Assembly (NCBI GenBank): GCA_937968065.1
Contig: CALBUD010000033.1
Span: 1 to 32,000 of the forward strand
DNA length: 32,000 nucleotides
Source of the DNA: Candidatus Iainarchaeum sp.
GTDB lineage: Archaea > Iainarchaeota > Iainarchaeia > Iainarchaeales > CSSED10-239
Direction of reading: 5' to 3'
The position numbers and the translations under genes are program-made. Below, piece after piece: positions 7,673-15,485 of the stretch (position 1 is the first letter of the stretch; each line of letters begins with the position of its first letter). The notes beneath the pieces are model-generated. The model was not told the origin of the DNA. It did not search any database and worked only from the letters and a program-made list of their open reading frames with translations.

Positions 7673-10561
7673 TTAGTTAACAATACATGCTCCTCTAGAT
7701 GCAACCCATGCATTTTGATTTTCAGAAGCCATCTCTCCTCCAAAGAAAGGTTTGTAAACTTCTACAGGATTATAATATACTTTTAATGAACTTCCAGAAT
7801 AACTTATACATGCTTGTTTATCTTTAACAAGAGAAAAGATTTCACTTACATATCTTATATCTTGTCCAAATACATTGTTAAGTTCAACTGTTTTAGAACC
7901 ATTGTTATTTAAAGTATAAAACATAGCATCATCATCAAATGCTTCTTGATGTAAAACACTAATTCCTTGTCCTGTTCTAAAATTACTTGGTGTATAAAAG
8001 ATTGTTCTTAAGAAAACATTTCCTCTTCTTGTAATATTTCTCTCTTCCCATTCAACACCATATGAAACTGTTTGACTTGGTGTTACTGGTGCAAGTCTTG
8101 AAGAGATTGCATGAATATCTGGTCTTCCATTAAATGCTTCAAGAACAGAAATTCCTGAAAAGTCAAGACATTCTCCAATACCTGTCCATGGAACTAAGGT
8201 TCCTGAGGTTAATGCTGGTTCTCCTCCAAGGTTTTGTGGTCCACCAATATCAAGCTTATAGAAACTATAAGCATTGTTTGCTTGATTTGAAACTTTTAAA
8301 CCAACTGGTGTTGCTCTTGAAGGTATAAAGTAAAGCTCTGGATTTGTTTTTGTTGCTGAAAGATTAATGTTAAGAAGCATACCTCTAGTATCTCCATTAT
8401 TTAAGAAAGAAAACTCATTAGGTTGTTTTCCGTATTCTTTAACAGTTACTGTATTAATTGTATTTGATTGAGTAAAAGGTTCTGTTCTTAAATATTGATT
8501 TGTTGAAAGTTGATCAATAGTTACAATATCTCCAACAAAGTCAATACCATATCCTTGTCTTGCATTTTCAGAATCATATCCTACAAGACCATTAAATGGC
8601 ATATAGTAAAGAGGAGAATCTCTTTCAGGTGCTTGTTCTCTTGAAAGAACTATATCAACTTTTCCTGTAATGTTTCCTGTTGTTTGATCAAATAAATTCC
8701 ATTGATCATCAAATTCAACATCAATTAAAACATTATATCTTCCAGGGCTTTGAAGTACAAGTCTTCCTGGTTCTGAATCAAAGGTTGAAAGGAAATTAAA
8801 TTTATCTGAAACAACATACTTATGATATTTGTTTAGATAATCTGTTGGTGCTGCTGTTATTGTAAATCTATAATATCTATCAAAATCTTGTTTAAAGTCA
8901 TCTGAATAACCATCTTTCATTAAATAAGATCTAAACTCATAAAATGAAGTGTTTAATTTTACATTTCTTGAATAAAGATTTATATTTCTTGAATTTTTAG
9001 AAATATCACAAACTTCTGAGTTTGGTGTGAATATATTTTCTAAAAAGTTATCAGAATCAATATCTAAATCTCTATATGCTTCTTCAAGTCTTAAAACAGC
9101 AGTAACTTTAAAGAGAGTTTCATCATCAAAGATAACACCAACATCAAATTCTTCTTCTCCTTGATAAGCATTATCTACAAAGTCAGATATTTTTAATTGT
9201 ATTATTTTTTCTTCAATTTCTACATTGTCTTTATAAACTGTTAGATAAAGCTCTCCATAATCTGCTAAAACTGGTTCGTTTTCTGGAATATTAAATGAAC
9301 CTTCTATTCTATAATCTACATTTACAAATCTATCTTCATAACTTGAATTTAAAACAGTTATTCCAAGATTATTATTTTGTGAAACTAAACTTTGAGTAAC
9401 TCCTGGTGTTGGACAAGTAAATGAAGATTTATTTGCTTGAACAAATGAATCAATCTCTCTAAGTTTATTTAAAACTTCAATTGTAAATTGTGTAGAATCA
9501 CAATAAATATATGGTTTGTTATCTTGTCCTGTAAGATCAGCATCACACCAATTTCCTGTGTTTACTTGCATTCCCGAAATTGTTGAAACTTGTCCTGATT
9601 GAGAGAATGTCCAATCAAGAGCGATGTGTGGCAGAGCTTCAGAACCTGTGTTTCCTAGAATCATACCGTTATCTGCAATACAGTTAACCATATCAAGTTC
9701 TAGAGAATCTTCTATTTGATCTCTAACATAAGAGTTAAAAACTAATCTAAATTGTTCTGTTTTTATGTCTGTTGATTTATTATCATTTATTTTTTTTATA
9801 AGTTCTTTGTTTGTTCCATCTAAAAATCTACTAATCTTTATAAAGTTTGCACCTGTTGTGAATGGTACAAAGATTATTGATGCCCAATTCATATTAAAAA
9901 TATCTGAAAATGAAAGTTCATAATCAACATTTTGTGTGTATGTTGAGATTGGATATTTTACTAAAAAGTTTCTATATTCATATTGATGTTCTATAGTTCC
10001 TTTTGTATCTTCAAATAAAATTTCTCTTTTTTGTACAGATACAGGTTCATTATTTGTATCAAAGACTTTTACAAGATTTGTTCTTTCTGCAAGTCTAAAT
10101 GTTGGTGAATTTTGACCATTATCAATTTCTGAAAAATTTCTAATATTTATAAATCTTGCATCTAAAACATTTTTATCTGTTAAAAGCATGTTATCAAATA
10201 AAACTTCTTGAGTGATTTTATTATTTGTTAAATGAGTATCATAAGGTGTAAAATAATCTTGATCTTCTTGAGAGATGTTAACTTTATCTCTATCTAAAGC
10301 ATAATCAATTTCAACTTTTGAAAGTTTTGAAAAAGTATTTATTGCTGAAATAGTTCCCATTAAAGCTCCATGAATGATTGGGTTAAGTCCAAAAACATTT
10401 GTTAATATTTTTTGTCCTCCATCAATTGCCCATTCAACAACTGCTTTTTTGCCTGTTTCTGTTGCTGCATTTTGAATCTCGTTTGCAGAAATTGGAGCTA
10501 CAAAAGATAGCATAAAAAGGGCTATAAGGATTATTCCAAAAATTTTATTTATATTTTTCAT
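7673..10561 (-). CDS. Secreted 962-aa protein, a stand-alone paralog of the C-terminal module of A (protein B)
   Basis: The ORF runs from ATG 10561..10559 to TAA 7675..7673. AGGTG lies 8 nt upstream. The N-terminus MKNINKIFGIILIALFMLSFVAPISA|NE is a classical Sec signal peptide with an A-x-A-like site.

Collinear motif matches to A (B motif / A motif):
- LPHIALDWTF / VPNISLDWSW
- YIYCDSTQFTIEVLNKL / ENYCDATQLTQVVLNRI
- SPGRYNVLIDV / VPGKYRIKIDF
- YYMPFNGLVGY / YRLPFNGFVGQ
- RQGYGIDF / RQGYGVTY
- VPWTGIGECLDFSG / LRWTGVGSGCDFSG
- GNVFLRTIFYTP / GKVYLRTIFYTP
- KVYYNPVEVY / EFFYNPTEIY. Confidence 0.9.
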   Translation of the reverse strand: MKNINKIFGIILIALFMLSFVAPISANEIQNAATETGKKAVVEWAIDGGQKILTNVFGLNPIIHGALMGTISAINTFSKLSKVEIDYALDRDKVNISQEDQDYFTPYDTHLTNNKITQEVLFDNMLLTDKNVLDARFINIRNFSEIDNGQNSPTFRLAERTNLVKVFDTNNEPVSVQKREILFEDTKGTIEHQYEYRNFLVKYPISTYTQNVDYELSFSDIFNMNWASIIFVPFTTGANFIKISRFLDGTNKELIKKINDNKSTDIKTEQFRLVFNSYVRDQIEDSLELDMVNCIADNGMILGNTGSEALPHIALDWTFSQSGQVSTISGMQVNTGNWCDADLTGQDNKPYIYCDSTQFTIEVLNKLREIDSFVQANKSSFTCPTPGVTQSLVSQNNNLGITVLNSSYEDRFVNVDYRIEGSFNIPENEPVLADYGELYLTVYKDNVEIEEKIIQLKISDFVDNAYQGEEEFDVGVIFDDETLFKVTAVLRLEEAYRDLDIDSDNFLENIFTPNSEVCDISKNSRNINLYSRNVKLNTSFYEFRSYLMKDGYSDDFKQDFDRYYRFTITAAPTDYLNKYHKYVVSDKFNFLSTFDSEPGRLVLQSPGRYNVLIDVEFDDQWNLFDQTTGNITGKVDIVLSREQAPERDSPLYYMPFNGLVGYDSENARQGYGIDFVGDIVTIDQLSTNQYLRTEPFTQSNTINTVTVKEYGKQPNEFSFLNNGDTRGMLLNINLSATKTNPELYFIPSRATPVGLKVSNQANNAYSFYKLDIGGPQNLGGEPALTSGTLVPWTGIGECLDFSGISVLEAFNGRPDIHAISSRLAPVTPSQTVSYGVEWEERNITRRGNVFLRTIFYTPSNFRTGQGISVLHQEAFDDDAMFYTLNNNGSKTVELNNVFGQDIRYVSEIFSLVKDKQACISYSGSSLKVYYNPVEVYKPFFGGEMASENQNAWVASRGACIVN

Positions 10562-10569
10562 ATTTTTTA

Positions 10570-10574
10570 CACCT
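10570..10574 (-). promoter_or_regulatory. Shine-Dalgarno-like AGGTG upstream of B
   Basis: The minus strand reads AAAAAGGTGTAAAAAAT-ATG, giving an 8-nt spacer. AGGTG is complementary to the conserved CACCU near the 3' end of 16S rRNA. Confidence 0.55.
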
Positions 10575-10644
10575 TTTTTTTAAATAAATTTTAAAATATT
10601 TATTCTTTTAATTTTTCACACTCATTTTTTTTTAATTTTTCATC

Positions 10645-13600
10645 TTAAGAAGTTTCATCTTCAGAAGTTTCATCTTCAGGAGTTTCATCCTCAGGAGTTT
10701 CATCGTCAGGAGTTTCATCGTCAGGAGTTTCATCCTCAGGAGTAGCATTCAAAGAATTATACTCAGATCTCTTAAGTTCTTCTTCAAGAGCTTTATTTGC
10801 TTCTTTAATTGCTTTTGCATCATCTCCATCTTTTGCAGTCTTTACTCTATCAACTAAAGTATTTAAAACATTTTTTCTTGTATCTGAAAGTCCATCAATT
10901 GTAAGTGCTCTTTCAGCTTTATCTAAAAGCTCTGTTGAAGACTCAAGTTGTTTATTAAGATTTGCTCCAAATAACTTTCCTTGTAAAATACCAGAGATAA
11001 CACCTGTGTAAAGTCCATCTCTAAAGAAAGATGCTGCAGCTAACTTCCATTTTGCATCATTTCTTACAGTAAACTGACCATAAACCTCTTGACCATAACA
11101 AAGATTAATAATATTTGTAACATCATATGAAGATGCAGGTAAAGTTAATCCTGTATTTTCAGAATATTCAGATCTATACAAATCAAACTCATATCTTTCA
11201 AGATCTATACAATAATCTGTAGGTCTTACATATGCTTTTATTTGTTTAATTGGTCTTTCTGTTTGTCTTGAAACATCCATTTCAGAATAAACATTTAAGA
11301 TGTATGCTCCAGGAATAGCACCCATGTTTCTTACAATGATAGGATCACTTGTCCCTGTACTTGAAACCTCTATGTTGTTTCTAGGTTCAATTACAAGACC
11401 TGCACAATCATCACAAGAGATTCTATAAACAGTATCTATTGGACATCCTTTATTTTCAATAGTAAATTCATCAACACCTTGTCCAACATTTAAGGTACTT
11501 TTTGAAAACACAACACAATCTCTTAAATTTGTAACATCAATCTCAAAATTAAACTCTGATAAGATTTCTTGCTCTCCAGTTCCAGTACTGTTTAAAGATC
11601 TAAATTGTATCTTTCCAGTAACTTTTCCTTTCATTCTTCCAACAGGTTCATATCTTAAGATTATAGGATAACTTCTATCTCTATCAACTGTGCTTAAAAG
11701 ATTTCTATAGTTTCCATGTGTAAGTTCAATAAATTTATTATCAATTGTTATTAAGAATTTTCCTTGAGGATTAGAGTCAAATACAACTCTTGCATCAAGT
11801 CCATTTGAAAGTGGCATTCTTGTGTTATTTATAGAACAATTATTTGTAATCATAAATTGTGTTTCAACAGGATTATTTAAAGAAATTTCTTTCCAAAATC
11901 CATCAGATAAAGAAAGACAATTTGAATTTTGAAGCATACCATCAAATCCAACATTTACTCTTATTGGAAGTTCTGTAACCCAACTTGAGTTTCCACTTTT
12001 TAAAACTATTTTTAAAGTAGCTGAAAGATTTTGTAATTCTCTAATAGCTTCAGATCTTGGATTAAGACTTATAGTTAATGGTATTTGTTTTGAAGAATCT
12101 GTATTATCAGGAACTTCTGAAATTGTATCAAGTCCTTTAATAACAATTCCTGCACTATTTAAAAGATCATTATTAATTCTTAAAATATCAATTATTTCAA
12201 GACCAGTTCCTTTAACCTCTAAACTCTCAATTGTTAGATCTATTGGAGATATATTATTTATTGTAAAGGTTTCTGTTCTTTGTTTTTCTTCAAAGACATT
12301 TAAAGAGTATGCTAAAGTTCTAGGAGTAATTGTAAATAATCTATCTGTTGTTGTAATTTCTTTTATTAATGTTTCATATTCAGGAGCAGTTATATAGATA
12401 TATACTTTATCATTAACTGCTTGTGCTGGAATATTTGAAATTGTAATTTCTCCTGTTATTGGCATGTTTACAGGACCTCTAATAGTATCTTTAAATTTAT
12501 CTTTAATTGTAACTGTTGTATCTTTAACTGGAAGTTTTGTTTGGAAATCTTTTGCTTTAACAACTAAATCAAAGTTTTTACCAGAAGGTATGATTTGTGG
12601 TTCAACTGAAACTTCAAATGTTTTTTCAGAAGCAACTTCAATAAATAATTGATTTACAAACCTAGTTCTTTGATCAGAAATAAATCTGATTGAAAGATTT
12701 CTAGTACCCTTCAACTTAGGTGTGAAAACAACCTCACCTGTAACTTTTTGTCTTGAAGTAAGTTCTGATATTGGTATATCAAATCTATACTCACTAGGAT
12801 TATTTTGTAAGAAAACCTCACCATTTGGTTTTACAATTCTTATACTTTTTATATCAAGACCTTCATCAAGATTTTCTAAAATAAATCTTGAAGTTATATA
12901 TCTAGTTTCATTACTGTTGTTTATTAAAGTAAATGAATATTTATAATCTTTATTTGGTTTTGCACCAAAGTTATCTGAAACATCATATCTTAAATCTTCA
13001 GAAATATCTATGATGGTTGAAGTTAAACAAAAGTCAGTTGAACAGAAAAGTTCATCTCCAACTCCATAAGTATCTGTGTTATAAACATCATAATATTCAA
13101 TTAAATTATTTTCACCAAAATATGGATTAAAAGTTTCATAAGCTCCTTCTTTTGTAAGACCATAACCTAAAGAAAATAATTTTAATTCCTCTCCAAACAC
13201 AGCTGTATCTTTAACAGATATTATTGCTGAAACTTCATAAACATTATAGTATCCTAAAGGACCAGTAACTTCTAAAGGACCTTGTTTTAAAGTTGCTTTT
13301 GCCCATTTAAAATCACTTTCAGTTAAACTATCAGCATCATATCTTCCTTCTGTTTCATGAGGAGGGGTCATATTAAATTGTGTATATTTTTGTATGCTAT
13401 CAAGATATGGTACATCTAAATATTTTATAAACAAAGCATCATTTTCAATCATTGATGTTGAGCCTGTTCTTAAAATAAAACCAATCTCTTCAAACACATC
13501 ATTTCCAGTTCTGTTTTGTGGAACTGATAAATAATATCTAACTTCATAATCTTCTCCAGCCTTAAGATTATCTTTAATCTCAAGACCATCTCTAAAGATT

Positions 13601-15456
13601 CCAATTTTTTCAATTCTTGGTTTTGTTAAAGCACTATTAAAATTAAATAAAGTAACTTCAAGTTCTGTTACAACATCTCTTGAAAGTCTTACAAATCTTG
13701 ATTGTGTTTTTCCAAAGTCTCCATCAATTAATGGAGAGGCAACAACATAATAATCAACATCTGCATCTAAATTAAATTCAACTCTTCCATCTGAGTCAGT
13801 ATCAATACTTCTTATAGGTATTGCTGGAAAGTTACTATAATAGCTATATCTATCATAAAGATCTACTCTTGCATAAGATACTGGATTTTTTTCTTTATCT
13901 ATAACTCTTACACTTAAAGTTCCTTCACTTATACCCATTGGAAGAATAACTGTTCCTGTAGCTTCAGGGAATTTTACATTAAATTCAAATTCAATTTCTT
14001 CTGAAACATTATTTCCTTTTACAGCTTTTGCAATATATCTTCCAGAAGAGATATTATAAACAGCATTTCCATCATAGTTTGTAACAACTGGTTTATAATC
14101 TGATAAAAAGCCTGTATCTGCATCATATAAGATTACTTTTGCAAACTTATATCCTCTACCATCCCAACCTAAAACTCTTACATTTAATGGTGCTAAAGTT
14201 TCAGGAGTTATAACTCTTAAGTTTATAAGTGTAGGGTTTGTTGGCATAGTTTCTATTGCTTTTATAAGTTTTCTTTCTATTAAATAACCTTCAGCATCAA
14301 CAACAACATTATAATCTTTAATTTCTGGAACTGTGAAAATAACAAAACCATTTACATCTGAAAGTTTTGTTTGAAGTGTTTCGTTAATTGCATTTTTAAG
14401 ACTAACTTCTGCATCTTCAACAACTCTGTTTCCTTGTCCAAGAATCTTTACATAAATATATCCTGAAACATCTGAAGATAAAACCACATTCTTTGTTAAA
14501 TTTTCTGTAACAAATAACATTTCTGTTTTTGAAGAGTATAAAGGAACACTTCTCATATCTGTGTAAGTTACAGTGTAATCTCCTTTTACAACATCTAAGA
14601 TATTACAAGTACCTGCAGTTGAGGTAAGACAAGAATCTACAAGCCCATAACTATTTGATAAAGCAACTTTTATGTTTGATAAAGGTTCATTTGAAGAATT
14701 TTTAATATTGAAAGAAAGATTATAACTTCCAGGAGGACCAAAATCAATATCATCTTGTTGTAATTCTATTTTTAATGTTCCATTTGTTATTGCTACATTA
14801 TATCTTGATAAATATCCATTAAAACTAATAGAATCAATCATTAATTGACAAGCTGGATTTGCATCAACAGTAACATTTCCATTTGATAGGCTTTGACTAT
14901 TTGGTGCTAAAACATTATTTAAACATTTATAACTAATATTTCCATTTCTGTTAATAACTTCACCTGTCTGAGCATCAACCACACTAAAAGTATATCTTAC
15001 TGTTGGTGGAGTTACGCTAATTGGTTCTAAAGCAATTGTTATGGTTTCTGATATTTCTTGTGAGAAATAAAAATTTTCATATTCTTGATAACCGTCTTTC
15101 TGTATTTTAACTTCATAAGAGGAATTTCTCGGAACTTTTATTTTTTCTGTAAGTCCAGAGGAATCTGTAAGATAGGTTGAGATTCCTTGAGTTGTGGTAA
15201 CCATAACAGAAGTATCTTCTAAAAAGGCACCACTCTCTGCATCAATCACCTTAAACTGAATATCTATAGTGTTTGCAGTTCCTTTTGGAAGCAATAATAA
15301 CACTATTCCAGCAATTATAATTAATATTAAAAGAATAAATAAAATAAATGAAGGCATCACCTTATCTATTTTATCAGTGATCTTATAAAGACCAGTTCTT
15401 TCAACAAAATTATAGTATCTATCTTCTAGATTATAGTAAAGTTTTTTAAGTCCCAT
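10645..15456 (-). CDS. Giant (1,603 aa) membrane-anchored multi-domain surface protein with a C-terminal hydrophobic segment, a coiled coil and an acidic repeat tail (protein C)
   Basis: The ORF runs from ATG 15456..15454 to TAA 10647..10645. GAGGT lies 8 nt upstream.

- Leader: MGLKKLYYNLEDRYYNFVERTGLYKITDKIDKVMPSF plus the TM helix ILFILLILIIIAGIVLLLL.
- Beta-sandwich repeats, for example FKVIDAESGAFLEDTSVMV...TDSSGLTEKIKVPRNSSYEVKIQKDGYQEYE and VRVIDKEKNPVSYARVDLY...TDSDGRVEFNL.
- Double-Cys block FCSTDFCLTS.
- N-x-C strands (ITNNCSINN, IENKGCPID).
- C-terminus: LAAASFFRDGLYTGVISGILQGKLFGANL, then a helical K/E/D/L-rich stretch, then the repeat tail. Confidence 0.9.
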   Translation of the reverse strand: MGLKKLYYNLEDRYYNFVERTGLYKITDKIDKVMPSFILFILLILIIIAGIVLLLLPKGTANTIDIQFKVIDAESGAFLEDTSVMVTTTQGISTYLTDSSGLTEKIKVPRNSSYEVKIQKDGYQEYENFYFSQEISETITIALEPISVTPPTVRYTFSVVDAQTGEVINRNGNISYKCLNNVLAPNSQSLSNGNVTVDANPACQLMIDSISFNGYLSRYNVAITNGTLKIELQQDDIDFGPPGSYNLSFNIKNSSNEPLSNIKVALSNSYGLVDSCLTSTAGTCNILDVVKGDYTVTYTDMRSVPLYSSKTEMLFVTENLTKNVVLSSDVSGYIYVKILGQGNRVVEDAEVSLKNAINETLQTKLSDVNGFVIFTVPEIKDYNVVVDAEGYLIERKLIKAIETMPTNPTLINLRVITPETLAPLNVRVLGWDGRGYKFAKVILYDADTGFLSDYKPVVTNYDGNAVYNISSGRYIAKAVKGNNVSEEIEFEFNVKFPEATGTVILPMGISEGTLSVRVIDKEKNPVSYARVDLYDRYSYYSNFPAIPIRSIDTDSDGRVEFNLDADVDYYVVASPLIDGDFGKTQSRFVRLSRDVVTELEVTLFNFNSALTKPRIEKIGIFRDGLEIKDNLKAGEDYEVRYYLSVPQNRTGNDVFEEIGFILRTGSTSMIENDALFIKYLDVPYLDSIQKYTQFNMTPPHETEGRYDADSLTESDFKWAKATLKQGPLEVTGPLGYYNVYEVSAIISVKDTAVFGEELKLFSLGYGLTKEGAYETFNPYFGENNLIEYYDVYNTDTYGVGDELFCSTDFCLTSTIIDISEDLRYDVSDNFGAKPNKDYKYSFTLINNSNETRYITSRFILENLDEGLDIKSIRIVKPNGEVFLQNNPSEYRFDIPISELTSRQKVTGEVVFTPKLKGTRNLSIRFISDQRTRFVNQLFIEVASEKTFEVSVEPQIIPSGKNFDLVVKAKDFQTKLPVKDTTVTIKDKFKDTIRGPVNMPITGEITISNIPAQAVNDKVYIYITAPEYETLIKEITTTDRLFTITPRTLAYSLNVFEEKQRTETFTINNISPIDLTIESLEVKGTGLEIIDILRINNDLLNSAGIVIKGLDTISEVPDNTDSSKQIPLTISLNPRSEAIRELQNLSATLKIVLKSGNSSWVTELPIRVNVGFDGMLQNSNCLSLSDGFWKEISLNNPVETQFMITNNCSINNTRMPLSNGLDARVVFDSNPQGKFLITIDNKFIELTHGNYRNLLSTVDRDRSYPIILRYEPVGRMKGKVTGKIQFRSLNSTGTGEQEILSEFNFEIDVTNLRDCVVFSKSTLNVGQGVDEFTIENKGCPIDTVYRISCDDCAGLVIEPRNNIEVSSTGTSDPIIVRNMGAIPGAYILNVYSEMDVSRQTERPIKQIKAYVRPTDYCIDLERYEFDLYRSEYSENTGLTLPASSYDVTNIINLCYGQEVYGQFTVRNDAKWKLAAASFFRDGLYTGVISGILQGKLFGANLNKQLESSTELLDKAERALTIDGLSDTRKNVLNTLVDRVKTAKDGDDAKAIKEANKALEEELKRSEYNSLNATPEDETPDDETPDDETPEDETPEDETSEDETS
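10651..10740 (-). repeat. In-frame tandem repeat, 6 x 15 nt, encoding (P/S)(E/D)DET at the extreme C-terminus of C
   Basis: Plus-strand units: agtttcatcttcaga, agtttcatcttcagg, agtttcatcctcagg, agtttcatcgtcagg, agtttcatcgtcagg, agtttcatcctcagg. Only unit positions 10 (t/c/g) and 15 (a/g) vary. The translation is PEDET PDDET PDDET PEDET PEDET SEDET-S-stop. Confidence 0.95.
13640..15270 (-). other. N-terminal array of carboxypeptidase-regulatory-like/PEGA-like repeats in C (approximate bounds)
   Basis: About six consecutive ~80-aa units follow the TM anchor. Each ends in motifs such as KDGYQEY, VDAEGYLIE or YIAKAVKGN. I assigned these by eye. Confidence 0.6.
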
Positions 15457-15464
15457 ATTTTATA

Positions 15465-15469
15465 ACCTC
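15465..15469 (-). promoter_or_regulatory. Shine-Dalgarno-like GAGGT upstream of C
   Basis: The minus strand reads CTAAGAGGTTATAAAAT-ATG, giving an 8-nt spacer. The gap from the D stop to the C start is only 29 nt and has no long T-run. Confidence 0.55.
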
Positions 15470-15485
15470 TTAGTTAAAATAAAAT

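Noticed and set aside
7676-7687. C-terminal CIVN of B resembles a eukaryotic CaaX prenylation box. Cys also lies near the C-termini of A (LRCD), E (ACIAGNGN) and F (NCSVVLEEQ).
   Set aside because: B has a Sec signal peptide and should be extracellular, where CaaX processing does not apply. The spacing to the terminus is not conserved among the paralogs. The simplest reading is a terminal disulfide partner or coincidence.
10651-10740. Borg-like or other extrachromosomal-element signature, based on the in-frame tandem repeat and single-strand gene orientation
   Set aside because: There is only one substantial array and it is imperfect. No intergenic tandem repeats occur. Seven co-directional genes are too few to infer replichore-wide strand bias. 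The evidence is insufficient.
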